A stretch of 64,000 nt of DNA, taken from the NCBI GenBank assembly GCA_963803415.1, contig CAWDMI010000005.1:408835-472834 (forward strand), written 5' to 3'. Below are positions 1 through 10,886 of this stretch, piece after piece (the first letter of the stretch is position 1; each line of letters opens with the position of its first letter). Below the pieces are notes generated by a model. That model searched no databases. It was not told the origin of the DNA and saw only the letters and a program-made list of their open reading frames with translations. The position numbers and the translations under genes were made by a program. Source of the DNA: an uncultured delta proteobacterium. Its GTDB lineage: Bacteria; Desulfobacterota; Binatia; UBA9968.

Positions 1-1602
1 GGTCCATCCCAATGTGGGCCCGGGCCGGATCGGTGCCGCGCTGGTGCGCCATATGGATCTGATGGGCCCAGTCATTATAGTAGGCCCGATTGTTATACAT
101 CACCACCAGCATCGGGATCTCGTATTTGACCGGCATCCAGAGCGCGCCGAGGTCGAACATCAAATCGCCGTCGGGCTGGAGATCCACTACCAGCCGCCCG
201 CTACCCCTGTGCGCCAGGGCGACGCCGATGGAAATACCGATCTGCGTGCCGGTGCCGAGCTCGCGGCCGACGTGGCGGTAGGGCTTGTCGAAATCCCAAA
301 CCTTGTGCGCCCATTCCTTTAGTGTATTGGCGGTGAGAACCCAGTCCTCATCCTTGATGATCTGCCATACCTCATGCGCGAGCCGCGACTCCGCCATAGG
401 CCGCTCGTTCCACTGCGTCTTGACTTGATCCTGCCATTTTTGCCATTGGCGCGCATGTCTCTCGCCGATTGCCTTTTTCCGCTCCTCGATGCGCGACGCC
501 AGCGTCTTATTGCCGTCAATGCGCTTGCGGCAAGCGGTGGTCAGGGCGGGGATCGTAAGCGCGCTGTCACCCAGCACGCGAAGGTTCCAGTTGTGATGTT
601 TATTGTAATCGGTCGCCCACTTGCTGATCTCGATATCGGCGAAGCCGACATCGATCCATTTGCAGTCCGGCGTCGTTACCACCGTAATTTCACGCGTCTG
701 GGTGTTGAGCTTGTGCGAACCGCGGGTCCAGTCGACGACGTCGAGCGCGGCGACGAGATCGACGCCTTTGAAGGCGTCGGGGTGAAAGCTCACGCTCAGC
801 GGGTGGCGGTTGGGAAAACCGAGGCGCTTGTTGATATCGAAGACCGCGGCGCCGATGGTCTCGGCGAGCCCTACCGTGGATTCGAAGCCGATGGGCATGC
901 GTGCGGCGTATTCGGTGAGCAACAGCGGGTTGTCGGCGGCAACCAGCATATCCGCCGCCTGTTCGATCGCTGCGGCCTCGGGCGCGATTCGCGACGGGAC
1001 CTTAACCGCAAAATCCGGGGGCAAAGGCACGTCCTCTTTTAACGGGCTTTCCTGCAGCGCCGAGTCGTAACACATATAGACCGGGCCTTGAGGTTCGCTC
1101 ATCATGATCGAATAAGCGCGCGCGAACGAATCCGGCACGCCGTGAATGCTACCCGGCTGGTAATCCCATTTGGTAAAATTGCGCACGACATCGCCTTGCG
1201 CGAACGCGGTATGGATCCAGTCGATAAACGGGCGGCGGTACTTTTCGTCCATCGGGCCGGTAGCTCCCACGATGAATACCGGGCAACGGTCGATGTAGGC
1301 GTAATAGATCGCCATCGGCGCGTGCAAAAGCCCAACGACATCATGGACGATGGCCATCATCGGCTTGCCGCTGGACTTGGCGTATCCGTGCGCGATCTGC
1401 ACCGCGACCTTTTCGTGGTTACAGAGCAGCATCGGGGGCTGGTTCTCGCCGTAATTGACCAGCGAATCGTGCAGCCCGCGGAAGCTCGCGCCGGGATTGA
1501 GCGCGATATGCGGGAACCCGTACTGCTTGATCAAATCGACGATCACATCCGATTGCCACCGCTGGCTGGATTTCTTGATGCCGCTGTTGCTTTCCTTCGA
1601 TG
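1..1602 (-). CDS. Thiamine-pyrophosphate-dependent enzyme (acetolactate-synthase/benzoylformate-decarboxylase-like), C-terminus runs off window edge
   Basis: An uninterrupted minus-strand frame begins at ATG 1602-1600, with the SD ggaggagg 6 nt upstream, and continues past position 1. It is absent from the ORF track because no stop codon falls in the window. The translation starts MSNTSKESNSG... and contains the TPP-binding GDG-(x)n-NN signature (QPDGDLMFDLGALWMPVKYEIPMLVVMYNNRAYYND). The plus-strand ORFs 374-1042 and 1088-1798 are antisense artefacts. Confidence 0.8.
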
Positions 1603-1747
1603 TGTTGCTCATGCAACGTTCCTCCTCCGGTTAAATGCTAAGGGAGAAAAAGGACGGAGAAAACACGCTCGAGTTATCCTTCAAGCGCTTCCTGCGATAC
1701 CCCTTGTTATCTGGGAAATGATGAACTCGTCAAGGGCTTTGAATCGC

Positions 1748-3187
1748 TCAGCCGCGGGAGGAATTTATTACCTCCATCAGCTTCCCGGCATCTGTTAGTT
1801 GAGTTACCGACCGGGCAGTATCGATTAAAATTGTTTGCCTCTCGGCATCCAGAACACCTTCGCAGCAGGAGCGTACCTTCGCCGCCAAATCGGCATCGCT
1901 TAGCGGATTTTCCGGTCCGCCGCGGTAGCGCTCATCCGCCGGACCGGTGACCGCGCGGCCGTCTTTCAGTCGAATTGCAATGCGTGAGCGCATTTTGTCG
2001 AAACCCATTTTCTCGATCTCGGGGTCGAGCTCGGTCGAGATGCGCCGCTGCATCGCTTGCATGAGATCGGAGGCGACGAACTCGTCGGAGAATTCACGCT
2101 TTCCGGCTTTGCGAACGAGCGCGATCATGGCAAGGGCCGCCGGCAGCGAAAATTTCGCTTGTAAATGATTAGCGGCAATGGGGTAGCGAATCGGTTTTAA
2201 GATGTTTGTGCCCGCGTAAACCCTGACCGTTTCAATGTTGTCCGGCTTCACGTCATGCTCGGTAACGAGCTTCAACATCAAGTCAAGGGTCGGATGAATC
2301 AGGACACCGCAGGGATAGGGCTTGATCGACACGCCTGGCTCGACGATGCTCCAGGTTTTGCCAAAGCCCTCGGAAGCTTTTTCGGCGCTGACGCCTCCTC
2401 CGTGGACCGCGTAGAAGCCCCACGGGCCATCTAAAGCATCTGGATCCCCGGTGAACCCGCGCGCGGCGAGCAACGCCGCGGTAACCCCGTTTTCTGCGGC
2501 CCGCCCGACATGCAACGGCTTGGTCATTGTGCCAAAATTACAGCGAATGCCCGCGGCAAAACTGGCCGCAATCCCAAAACCGCTGCGCAGCTTGTCCCCC
2601 CTTAGGCCGAGGAGCTTCGCTGCCGCCGTATAGGCACCGAAGGTTCCCGACGTGCCGCTCGAGTGCATTCCCCTCATGTAATGCTGCGGCAACATCCACT
2701 CGGAGATTTTACATTCCACTTCAAAGCCCGTAAGGAAGGAAAGCATAAAAGTTTGACCTTCGACACCGCCGAGTCTCTGGGCCATCACCAGCGCACTGGT
2801 CAATGGCGGAATCGTTGGATGGGTCAAGAGCCCATAGACATGGGCGGGATCGAAGCTTACCTGGGTATCGTCCCAGTCATGGGCATGACCCGCGGTTCCG
2901 AGCACGCGGGCCGCCATGGGGGCCGGAATTTTCGTATTGCCACGCCCCAGCAAAAGCGCCTCGGGCCGGCCGCCCATCTGCGCCGCTTCTTCGATGAGCA
3001 GCTCTACTGAATGTTCTTCCGATCCGGCCACGAATAGGCCGAGACCGTCGAGCAAACAGCGGGTGCCGATGCGCAGCACCTCCGTGGGTACATCGTTCAC
3101 GGTGACATTCTCGACGAATGCCGCAGCAGCAACCGTTGTTTTCAGTCCATCGGGAATCGTCGCAAACGCGTTGGAATCAGCCGTCAT
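1748..3187 (-). CDS. MmgE/PrpD family protein (2-methylcitrate dehydratase paralog)
   Basis: 479-aa ORF with an SD gaggat upstream. Its length and overall composition are those of the MmgE/PrpD family. It is a second copy, distinct from the canonical prpD at 41550-43001. Confidence 0.8.
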   Translation of the reverse strand: MTADSNAFATIPDGLKTTVAAAAFVENVTVNDVPTEVLRIGTRCLLDGLGLFVAGSEEHSVELLIEEAAQMGGRPEALLLGRGNTKIPAPMAARVLGTAGHAHDWDDTQVSFDPAHVYGLLTHPTIPPLTSALVMAQRLGGVEGQTFMLSFLTGFEVECKISEWMLPQHYMRGMHSSGTSGTFGAYTAAAKLLGLRGDKLRSGFGIAASFAAGIRCNFGTMTKPLHVGRAAENGVTAALLAARGFTGDPDALDGPWGFYAVHGGGVSAEKASEGFGKTWSIVEPGVSIKPYPCGVLIHPTLDLMLKLVTEHDVKPDNIETVRVYAGTNILKPIRYPIAANHLQAKFSLPAALAMIALVRKAGKREFSDEFVASDLMQAMQRRISTELDPEIEKMGFDKMRSRIAIRLKDGRAVTGPADERYRGGPENPLSDADLAAKVRSCCEGVLDAERQTILIDTARSVTQLTDAGKLMEVINSSRG

Positions 3188-3692
3188 GATTTATCCTCGT
3201 GATGAATGCGGGCCGCGGGCAACGTTGTCAAGCCTGCAGCGCGGGAACGTCAGCACCCGCGGAAGGCTGTGCGGACGCTCGGGAAATTTCAAAATCCTCA
3301 CGCAAAAGCCACTCTTCACCGCGACCGCAGATTACGCCCCGAGCAGCGCAGCAGCTTCCGGCGCGAACACCGCCATGGGGTTTCGCCTCGTGGCTCTCAC
3401 AGTTTCCTTTACCAATCATTTAGAATTCGGGAGGGCAGGCTCGTTGAGGTGCAATCTATCGCCCTACCGGCTGATACGTCAACCGTCAATCGGGTGTCCA
3501 ATCGTGTTGGAACCTGACGTAAATGACGCCGCAGGCCATCCCTCGCCGGCAACCCGGGCATACCCGGAGCGTCCGGTCGAGCCAGACAAATGCTCAATTA
3601 AAGGACACAGGGTGCGATTAGAGGCGCATCATCGACCTGCTGAAGGTGAACCCTCTTTGCAATTTCCCGTTTGACTCGACGACGTTTTGCTC

Positions 3693-4841
3693 TTACGCGT
3701 CCAGGTGAAAAAACTTTACGACGTTGCCGGCCAGCATGTAGTAACGATCCCCTTGGGGCACGCCGGAAAAGCTCTTCTCGATGCTTTCACGCGAATTGGG
3801 CCAGTCGCTGGCCGCATGGGCAAAATCGCTTCCCCAAATGAGCTTGTCGGCTCCGGTCGCGTCGCGCATGCTCACTCCTAGCGGGTCAAACAGAAACCCC
3901 CAGAGGCAGTGCTCCCGAAGATATTCGCTGGGACGGCGCTTCATGGGCTCGAGCCCCCACAAGGCTTTCCACAAATCGTGGTAGCGCTCATAGTGGTCAT
4001 CGATTTGCCAGAGGGCGAAAGGCAGCCAACCAATCATCGTCTCCGCCCAGTATAGGCGCAGCTTGGGAAACCGATCCCACACCCCCGCGAATGCCATTTG
4101 CATCGGAGCATAAGCCGCATCGCCGCAGAAACGAAACATCTGGCCGAAAGGCTCGCCGCGATCTGTTTCCGGCCGGTGCGGGAACAAAAAAGTCGGCCCC
4201 TTGTCCCTGAACCGCGTGGAACCACCGCCTGTGTGCGAAGTGACCGGCATGTCTAAATCCAATGCGGCAGCCCAGAACCCATCGTCCTCCGGCGTCGGAT
4301 GTCCCGTGCCGTTCGGAAACCGATCGAGCAACACTCCCTTGAGGCCTGCATGGGTACAGTACTCCAACTCCGCCACGGCGTCGTTTATGTTGGTCGTCGG
4401 AATTACACCCATAGCCAGCAATCGCTCCGGTGCAGCGGCGCAATACTCTTCGGCAAGGTATTCGTTATAAGCGTGGACCAGCGCCACGTAGGCTTCGTCC
4501 TCCTTAACCGCACGCAACAGGCTCGTACGTGAAAATAGAACCTCCGCCTCCACTCCATCCTGATCCTGTTCTTGCAGGCGCTGCTGCGGACTCCCTGTTC
4601 CAGCACTGTTTTCGAAGGTTGGAACCTGGAGGTGCAGCTCGTCGTGCGGCACGCCAACACTCCTGGTAAAGCCGATCGGCGACGGCGGCCGATTTTCGAT
4701 GACAATGGCGTCCTCGCCATTCTCCAGCCTGACCCGGCGTGGCGCCCTATCCTTCCATTTCGCGGGGACCCGATGCGTCCACCGGTCCGGTGCCAGGTCC
4801 AAGTGCGAATCTCCCGAGATGATCGTGTATTTTCCTTCCAT
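3693..4841 (-). CDS. Amidohydrolase-2 family (ACMSD-like metal-dependent hydrolase)
   Basis: The ORF track gives 3693-4883. The internal ATG (MEGKYTIISGDSHLD...) has an SD gaggag 6 nt upstream, which is a better start. The ISGDSHLD N-terminal metal-binding motif is typical of PF04909 TIM-barrel amidohydrolases. Confidence 0.75.
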   Translation of the reverse strand: MEGKYTIISGDSHLDLAPDRWTHRVPAKWKDRAPRRVRLENGEDAIVIENRPPSPIGFTRSVGVPHDELHLQVPTFENSAGTGSPQQRLQEQDQDGVEAEVLFSRTSLLRAVKEDEAYVALVHAYNEYLAEEYCAAAPERLLAMGVIPTTNINDAVAELEYCTHAGLKGVLLDRFPNGTGHPTPEDDGFWAAALDLDMPVTSHTGGGSTRFRDKGPTFLFPHRPETDRGEPFGQMFRFCGDAAYAPMQMAFAGVWDRFPKLRLYWAETMIGWLPFALWQIDDHYERYHDLWKALWGLEPMKRRPSEYLREHCLWGFLFDPLGVSMRDATGADKLIWGSDFAHAASDWPNSRESIEKSFSGVPQGDRYYMLAGNVVKFFHLDA

Positions 4842-4851
4842 AGCCGGCTCC

Positions 4852-6012
4852 TCAGTTGATCTCTTGCTTCTCATTTTGGACAAACGCTGCGGAAATCCTG
4901 TCTGTACTGGCGTTTCTCAGCTCGGGACGAATGCTGACGTGAATGACCCCTGCGGGCCCTTCTTCACCGGCAAACGTTCGGATCGCCTCATTGACGTGGC
5001 TGAGGTCGAACTGGTGCGTGGCAATCTCTCCCAGCGGATACCTCCCCGATGCCATGACCTGGAGCCCAAGCTCAAAGGCGGTGAACGAGGAGCCCTGCAC
5101 CCACTTCATCGTGACTAACTTCCGGCCAAATCCTCTGCTCGGAATATCCTGATCTCCGGGCCCGGCCAGGCAGATGGTGCTGATCTTCGATGCCATTTCC
5201 AGCGCGTCACGCACCGTTCCCTTGCCGCCGCGGGAAACATTGAGCACAACGTCCGCCCCGTAACCGTGGGTAATTTCTTTGACTCGTTCTTGCAGGCTTT
5301 CTCTCTCGACATTCACCGTGTAATGGGCGCCGAGTTTGCGCGCCACCTCAAAGCGCTTCTCGTCCCTCGTGAGACCGCTCACGATGATGCACGCGGCCCC
5401 TGCTTCTCTGGAAGCGACCACAGCGGATAGGCCCATCTGTCCCGGCCCCTGGATCACGACGGTTTTTCCCGGCGCCGCGCCGCCCTGCAGATAAACCCAC
5501 TGCATCCCGTTTGCCAGCGACACGAAAAGCGCCGCCTGTCGCGCCGGGATGTGAGACGGGATCTTATGCAGGATCGCATTCGGCGGCAAATAAAGATACT
5601 GGCTAAAACCTCCCCATAGCGACGGCGCCACGCTTACCGGCGTATTGCCGTAGCGCAGAATAGTTCGACCCGGGAGCTTATCGGTCTGATCGCAAAGGCG
5701 GTACTCGCCGATCCGGCACCAGCGGCAGGTGCCGCACGGAAGGTACTGCTCCACAACCACCCGGTCTCCTTCCTTCACGTCCCATCGCCTTGCAGCGTCG
5801 GCGCCGATTTTCGCGACAAATCCCACATTCTCGTGTCCCCGAATGCGAGGCTCGCCGCCGAAGCGCTCATAGCCGTCGATGTCGCTGCCGCAGATGCCGG
5901 CGATTTCCACCCTCAGCAGCGCATCGCCGGCAGAAACTTCGGGGACCGGGTATTCCCTTACTTCAATTTGTCTCGCTCCGATTTGGGTCGCGGCGAAAAG
6001 CTTCTCAGACAT
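4852..6012 (-). CDS. Zn-dependent alcohol dehydrogenase (MDR superfamily)
   Basis: The ORF has a GHE..G catalytic zinc motif (GHENVGFV), structural-zinc cysteines (CGTCRWC) and an NAD-binding GPGQMG motif. The start is set at the internal ATG (MSEKLF...), which has an SD ggaggtg 5 nt upstream. Confidence 0.8.
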   Translation of the reverse strand: MSEKLFAATQIGARQIEVREYPVPEVSAGDALLRVEIAGICGSDIDGYERFGGEPRIRGHENVGFVAKIGADAARRWDVKEGDRVVVEQYLPCGTCRWCRIGEYRLCDQTDKLPGRTILRYGNTPVSVAPSLWGGFSQYLYLPPNAILHKIPSHIPARQAALFVSLANGMQWVYLQGGAAPGKTVVIQGPGQMGLSAVVASREAGAACIIVSGLTRDEKRFEVARKLGAHYTVNVERESLQERVKEITHGYGADVVLNVSRGGKGTVRDALEMASKISTICLAGPGDQDIPSRGFGRKLVTMKWVQGSSFTAFELGLQVMASGRYPLGEIATHQFDLSHVNEAIRTFAGEEGPAGVIHVSIRPELRNASTDRISAAFVQNEKQEIN

Positions 6013-6188
6013 CGGCACACCTCCATCTTGCTTCACGAGCAAGCAGAATCTTTTCTGCGCTTCCTCTTACCACCGCCGCGCGCAGCCATCAATACGGGCT
6101 TACGGTCGCCAATCACGTTAATCGACTTTTTGGTCGAATTCCGGTACAAGCAGCTGGTAACCTCACCGAGTCATGAAGGGAGTGGGAT

Positions 6189-7202
6189 ATGATCAAGATT
6201 GGGTTTAAACCCTCTATGGGCGTAGACGCGCTTACCAACAACCCCCTCGAACAGTTCAAAGCCATCTTGAACCTGACGCATGCCGCTAGGGATGCGGGGT
6301 TTCACTCGATCTGGGACGGCCAGCACTACTTCGCTCCTGGGAGAGTTCACTGGGAGGCCATTCCTACCCTTGCGCGCTTGATCCCGGAGGCAAAAGGTAT
6401 GGAGGTGGGGACCTGTGTATTCTTGCTGCCGCTTCATCATCCCGTGATCGTCGCTGAACAGATTGCCATCCTCGACCTTCTCAGCGAAGGCAGGTTTATC
6501 TTCGGCATCGCTCTCGGCTATCGGGAGCGCGAGTTCAACGGCTTTGGGGTGGAGAGGAAAAAGCGGGTTTCACGTTTTGAAGAGTCCATCTCCTTGATCA
6601 AGCGATTGTGGACTGAAGATAACGTCAGCTTTGCAGGAAAGAATTTTCGCGTGAACAACTTGACCACGGGAACGCGCCCGCTGCAGAAACCGGCGCCGCC
6701 GATCTGGATCGCCGCTCATGCCGACCCCGCGGTGGAAAGGGCTGCTCGCCTGGGCGACAGCTTGATCATGAACCCGCACGCGAGTGTGCAAACCCTGGAG
6801 CGCCAGTTGGAAGTCTATCGGACTGCGCTCGCCAAGCACGCCAAGCCGTTTCCCAGGGAAATTTCCATAAGAAAGGACATCTTTATCTCCCGCGACCGCA
6901 AGACTGCCTGGGATGAAGCCAGACTGAGCACTCCCAAACGGATCCAGAGCGCCATCAAAGAACAACAAGCAAACCAATTGCCCGAGTCGGATGGTTTCGG
7001 GCAGGAGAACCTGGATGAGTTCATCAAGAGGCGCGCGATCATCGGTGACCCGGATGATTGCGTCGAGCAGATGATGACTTATCAGCAGAGACTTTGCGTG
7101 AACCATTTCGTCTTTCGCATCGCGGCAACGACGCTGAGAGACGGGCTCGATCGCATCGAGTTAATCGGTCGCAACGTCATCGGGCAGCTCGACAAGAACT
7201 AA
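6189..7202 (+). CDS. LLM-class (luciferase-like) flavin/F420-dependent oxidoreductase
   Basis: 337-aa ORF with an SD gaagggag. The sequence resembles a luciferase-like monooxygenase TIM barrel (IWDGQHYF..., HHP..IAEQIAILD). Confidence 0.7.
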   Translation: MIKIGFKPSMGVDALTNNPLEQFKAILNLTHAARDAGFHSIWDGQHYFAPGRVHWEAIPTLARLIPEAKGMEVGTCVFLLPLHHPVIVAEQIAILDLLSEGRFIFGIALGYREREFNGFGVERKKRVSRFEESISLIKRLWTEDNVSFAGKNFRVNNLTTGTRPLQKPAPPIWIAAHADPAVERAARLGDSLIMNPHASVQTLERQLEVYRTALAKHAKPFPREISIRKDIFISRDRKTAWDEARLSTPKRIQSAIKEQQANQLPESDGFGQENLDEFIKRRAIIGDPDDCVEQMMTYQQRLCVNHFVFRIAATTLRDGLDRIELIGRNVIGQLDKN

Positions 7203-7502
7203 GCGGGTTGGTGCTTCAGGGTTTCCCGTGGATTACTGTGGGCACTCTGCACACTCTGGAGTTCCGGATGGCTCACCACCGAGGCGCCGAGGACGCGGAG
7301 GGGAGAGTTTTTCATCAAACGATACTCCGAACTCTGCGAACTCCGCACGTCTCTGTGGTAAAATGCTGCTTTAGTTGCGGCTCAGCCGCGTAGAACTCTG
7401 CGCTGAAATGGAGCTTCTCGGGGGATTCGGCCGTTGACAGAGATTGCAATCCGCACTAAAGAAGATGGCCACGGTTTATCACTTCGATGCAAGGAGAATT
7501 CT

Positions 7503-8501
7503 ATGGTTATCGATATCCACAACCACATCGTCGCCGGCGGCGAACTGAACGCCTACCAGGCGGGTTTGCTCGCCAGCCGCGGGTTTCACGCCAAAGGCCA
7601 TAACGTCGTCACCGAAGAGAGCATCAAGAAGGCGCGCTGGCGCGGCGTCAGCCACAGCGAAGCTTTGAAGCAAGTAGGCACCGATTGGGCATTCATATCG
7701 CCGCGGCCCTATACCATGATGCACTCGGAGAAGCCGGAAAAAATCGTTCACTGGTACTGTGAAGCGGTGAACGACGCCATTGCTCTACAGGTAAAGGTAG
7801 AGCCCAACACCTTCCGCGGCATCGCCGGGCTTCCGCAATGCGGTGGCGTGAGCCCGACAAATACCTTTGAGGAAATCGATCGCATGGTCAGTCTCGGTTT
7901 CGTCGGCATCATGATCAATCCGGATCCCGGCGAAGGCGACGGCCAGACGCCTGGCATGGGCGATGAGTACTGGTATCCTCTTTACGAAAAAATGGTAGCT
8001 CTCGACCTTCCCGCGATCATCCACCCGGCAAGCTGCCGCAATACTCGCGAATCGTTTCACAACCACTTCATCACCGAGGAATCGATTGCGGTTCTTTCGA
8101 TTATCAACTCGCGCGTGTTCGAGGACTTCCCCAAGCTCAAGTTGATCGTCTGCCACGGCGGCGGTTCGATCCCCTATCAGGTCGGGCGTTGGCGTTCCCA
8201 GCTGCGCGGTCCGAACGATACCGAAACCTTCGACGACCGCCTCAAGCAATTCTATTTCGACGCCGCCCTTTACAACGTCGAATCGCTCGAGCTCTTGTTC
8301 AAGGTTGTGGGCCCGGATCGCTGCCTGTTCGGCACCGAACGCCCCGGCGCAGGGTCGAAGAAGGATCCGCGCAGCGGCCAGTGGTACGACGATATCAAGC
8401 CCAAGATCGAAAGCATTTCCTGGCTTAGCGCGGAGGACAAAGAAAAGATCTTCCACAAGAATGCAGAGAAAGTGTTCACCCGATTCAAACCCACCGCCTG
8501 A
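7503..8501 (+). CDS. Amidohydrolase-2 family (ACMSD-like)
   Basis: Start chosen at ATG (MVIDIHNHIV...) preceded by an SD aaggaga. The HxH metal-binding motif at the N-terminus is typical of PF04909. Confidence 0.75.
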   Translation: MVIDIHNHIVAGGELNAYQAGLLASRGFHAKGHNVVTEESIKKARWRGVSHSEALKQVGTDWAFISPRPYTMMHSEKPEKIVHWYCEAVNDAIALQVKVEPNTFRGIAGLPQCGGVSPTNTFEEIDRMVSLGFVGIMINPDPGEGDGQTPGMGDEYWYPLYEKMVALDLPAIIHPASCRNTRESFHNHFITEESIAVLSIINSRVFEDFPKLKLIVCHGGGSIPYQVGRWRSQLRGPNDTETFDDRLKQFYFDAALYNVESLELLFKVVGPDRCLFGTERPGAGSKKDPRSGQWYDDIKPKIESISWLSAEDKEKIFHKNAEKVFTRFKPTA

Positions 8502-8557
8502 GGTGGTATAGGGCCATCGGTTAGGTTCCAAACGGATCGATGGATTGAGGTTCTGCG

Positions 8558-9121
8558 ATGTCATGGATTGTCCTGGGAATCCTGATTCTTTTGGTTGTTG
8601 TCGTCATCGGGATGTACAACAGCCTGGTGCGCCTCAATATCCAGTGCGACAACGCCTGGGCCGATATCGACGTGCAGCTCAAGCGCCGCTATGATCTGAT
8701 CCCGAACCTCATCGAAACCGTCAAAGGCTATGCGGCGCATGAGAAAGGTACGCTCGATGCCGTGATCACCGCCCGCAATCGGGCCCTCACGGCAACCGGC
8801 CCCGCCGATAAGGCTCAAGCCGAGAATATGCTTTCCGGCGCCCTGAAAAACCTCTTTGCCCTCGCTGAGGCCTACCCGCAACTGCGCGCGGTCGAGAGCT
8901 TTACCTCGCTGCAAAGCTCGCTCTCCCAGATTGAAGACACCGTGCAGAACGCGCGCCGGTACTATAATGCCGTCGTGCGCGACCTCAATATCAAGATTCA
9001 ACAGTTCCCGACCAACGTTCTCGCCAACAGCTTTGGCTTCAAGACCCGTGAGTTCTTCGAGCTTACGGAAGCGGCCGAGCGCGAAGTTCCGAAGGTGACC
9101 TTCAACGCGCCGTCCGCTTGA
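8558..9121 (+). CDS. lemA: LemA family protein
   Basis: 187-aa ORF with an N-terminal transmembrane helix followed by a LemA-like region (RRYDLIPNLIETVKGYAAHEKGTL..., AYPQLRAVESF). It immediately precedes a DUF2207 gene, which is the usual genomic context for LemA. Confidence 0.85.
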   Translation: MSWIVLGILILLVVVVIGMYNSLVRLNIQCDNAWADIDVQLKRRYDLIPNLIETVKGYAAHEKGTLDAVITARNRALTATGPADKAQAENMLSGALKNLFALAEAYPQLRAVESFTSLQSSLSQIEDTVQNARRYYNAVVRDLNIKIQQFPTNVLANSFGFKTREFFELTEAAEREVPKVTFNAPSA

Positions 9122-9137
9122 TGCCGGACGCGCACCC

Positions 9138-10886
9138 ATGAAGCATCCCCGCCTCCGCTCAATGCGCTGGATCATGGCCGGCGTTTTTTTCCTGTTCGCC
9201 GTCGTCTTGATCTCGCCCGCGAACGCCCGCGAGCTCAGAATCGACCAATTCGATGCCACGATCGTCGTCGCCCCCAACGGCGTGATTGAGGTCACGGAAA
9301 AAATCCAGGTGACCTTCATTGGCTCCTGGAACGGTTTGTATCGCGAGATTCCAGTGCAATACGTCACGCCGCAAGGCATGAATTACTCCCTCTTTCTCGA
9401 CGTAAAGCGCGTCTCGAAAGTAAATGGCACGCCTTTGAAATACGAAAGCTCGCGCGAGCGCCACTACCGTAGCCTGAAGATTTACATTCCCGGCGCCAGG
9501 GATATCACACGGACGATTGTTCTCGAATACAGCGTCGCCAATGCGCTGCGCTTCTTCGACGACCACGACGAGCTTTACTGGAACGTGACCGGGGACGAGT
9601 GGGACGTTCCGATCCGTTCCGCGAGCGCGAGCATTTTCCTTCCGGACAACACGACCAATATTCGCGCCAATGTTTTTACCGGCGGTTACGGTTCGCGCGG
9701 CGACGACGCCGAGGCGGATATTGCCGCCAATCGCGTCGGCGTCCACACCACCCGGCCACTCGGTTACCACGAAGGCCTGACCGTGGCCGTCGCTTTCGGC
9801 AAAGGCTTCGTTCACGAGCCGACCGCGGGCGCACGCCTTTTGATGTTTCTCCGCAGCAACTGGCCGCTTGCCCTGCCGATTGTGACTTTCTTTATCATGT
9901 TCGCTCTCTGGTGGTCGCTCGGCCGCGATCCCCGCCTGCGTCCCATTGTCGCGCGCTACGAGCCGCCGGAACAGCTCTCCCCCGGCGAAGCCGGCACTCT
10001 CGTCGATGACAACGTGGATATGCGCGACATTACCGCCACCCTCGTCGACCTGGCCGTGCGGGGTTTCCTTGTCATTAAGGAACACACCATCGATCACATG
10101 ATGGGGCTCTGGCAGGATCAAGAATACAGTTTCATCTTGAAAAAACCTCGCGCCGAGTGGCGAGAACTCAAAGGCCACGAGCAACTTCTCCTGGGCGGCG
10201 TCTTTTCCACCGGCGCCGCCGGTGAGACCGTGTTCATGAGCAGCCTGCAAAACCGCTTCTACAAGTCTCTGCGCGCGATCAAGGACAGCCTGTTCGATTC
10301 ACTTGCCACGCGCCGCTACTACCGGAGCCGCCCTGATACCACCCGGTATGCGTACCTGATCCTCGGCCTGGTCCTCGGCTTTCTTGCCTTCTGGGGCAGC
10401 GGCTTCTTCGGCAGCATGCTGGGGATGGCGACATTGCCGGTGATCGCTGCCGGCATCGGCACCGGAGGGATCATTTGCGCCTTTGGCTGGTTTATGCCGG
10501 CGCGCACGCTGCAAGGCACGCGCGCCCTGGAATCGGTGCTAGGCTTCGAGGACTTTCTTGATCACGTCGAAGCCGATCGCTTTAATCGCACGATCAAGAC
10601 GCCTGAGATGTTCGAGAAATTTTTGCCCTACGCCATGGCGCTCAACGTCGAAAAGAACTGGAGCCGCGCGTTCGAGGATATCTGCCGCGAGCCCCCCGTT
10701 TGGTATCAGGGCAGCTATGGACCCCGTTTCAACTCGACGCATTTCGCACGAAGCCTCAACACCATGTCCTCCCGCGCGAGCAGTGTGATGCAGTCGGCCC
10801 CGCGTAGCTCGGGCGGCTCCGGTTTTAGTGGCGGCGGGGGCTTCTCCGGCGGCGGCTTCGGCGGTGGTGGTGGCCGAGGCTTCTGA
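9138..10886 (+). CDS. DUF2207 domain membrane protein (LemA partner)
   Basis: 582-aa ORF with a signal/anchor sequence, a large extracytoplasmic domain, multiple C-terminal transmembrane helices and a glycine-rich tail (GGSGFSGGGGFSGGGFGGGGGRGF). This architecture is typical of DUF2207 proteins encoded next to lemA. Confidence 0.8.
   Translation: MKHPRLRSMRWIMAGVFFLFAVVLISPANARELRIDQFDATIVVAPNGVIEVTEKIQVTFIGSWNGLYREIPVQYVTPQGMNYSLFLDVKRVSKVNGTPLKYESSRERHYRSLKIYIPGARDITRTIVLEYSVANALRFFDDHDELYWNVTGDEWDVPIRSASASIFLPDNTTNIRANVFTGGYGSRGDDAEADIAANRVGVHTTRPLGYHEGLTVAVAFGKGFVHEPTAGARLLMFLRSNWPLALPIVTFFIMFALWWSLGRDPRLRPIVARYEPPEQLSPGEAGTLVDDNVDMRDITATLVDLAVRGFLVIKEHTIDHMMGLWQDQEYSFILKKPRAEWRELKGHEQLLLGGVFSTGAAGETVFMSSLQNRFYKSLRAIKDSLFDSLATRRYYRSRPDTTRYAYLILGLVLGFLAFWGSGFFGSMLGMATLPVIAAGIGTGGIICAFGWFMPARTLQGTRALESVLGFEDFLDHVEADRFNRTIKTPEMFEKFLPYAMALNVEKNWSRAFEDICREPPVWYQGSYGPRFNSTHFARSLNTMSSRASSVMQSAPRSSGGSGFSGGGGFSGGGFGGGGGRGF

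Noticed and set aside
374-1798. Long plus-strand ORFs 374-1042 and 1088-1798 listed in the ORF track
   Set aside because: They are antisense to a clean, SD-initiated TPP-enzyme frame on the minus strand. They have an Arg/Ala-rich high-GC antisense composition and no RBS.
8561-10250. Minus-strand ORFs 8561-9379 and 9159-10250
   Set aside because: They are antisense to lemA and DUF2207, with no RBS and a low-complexity Gly/Arg-rich translation.
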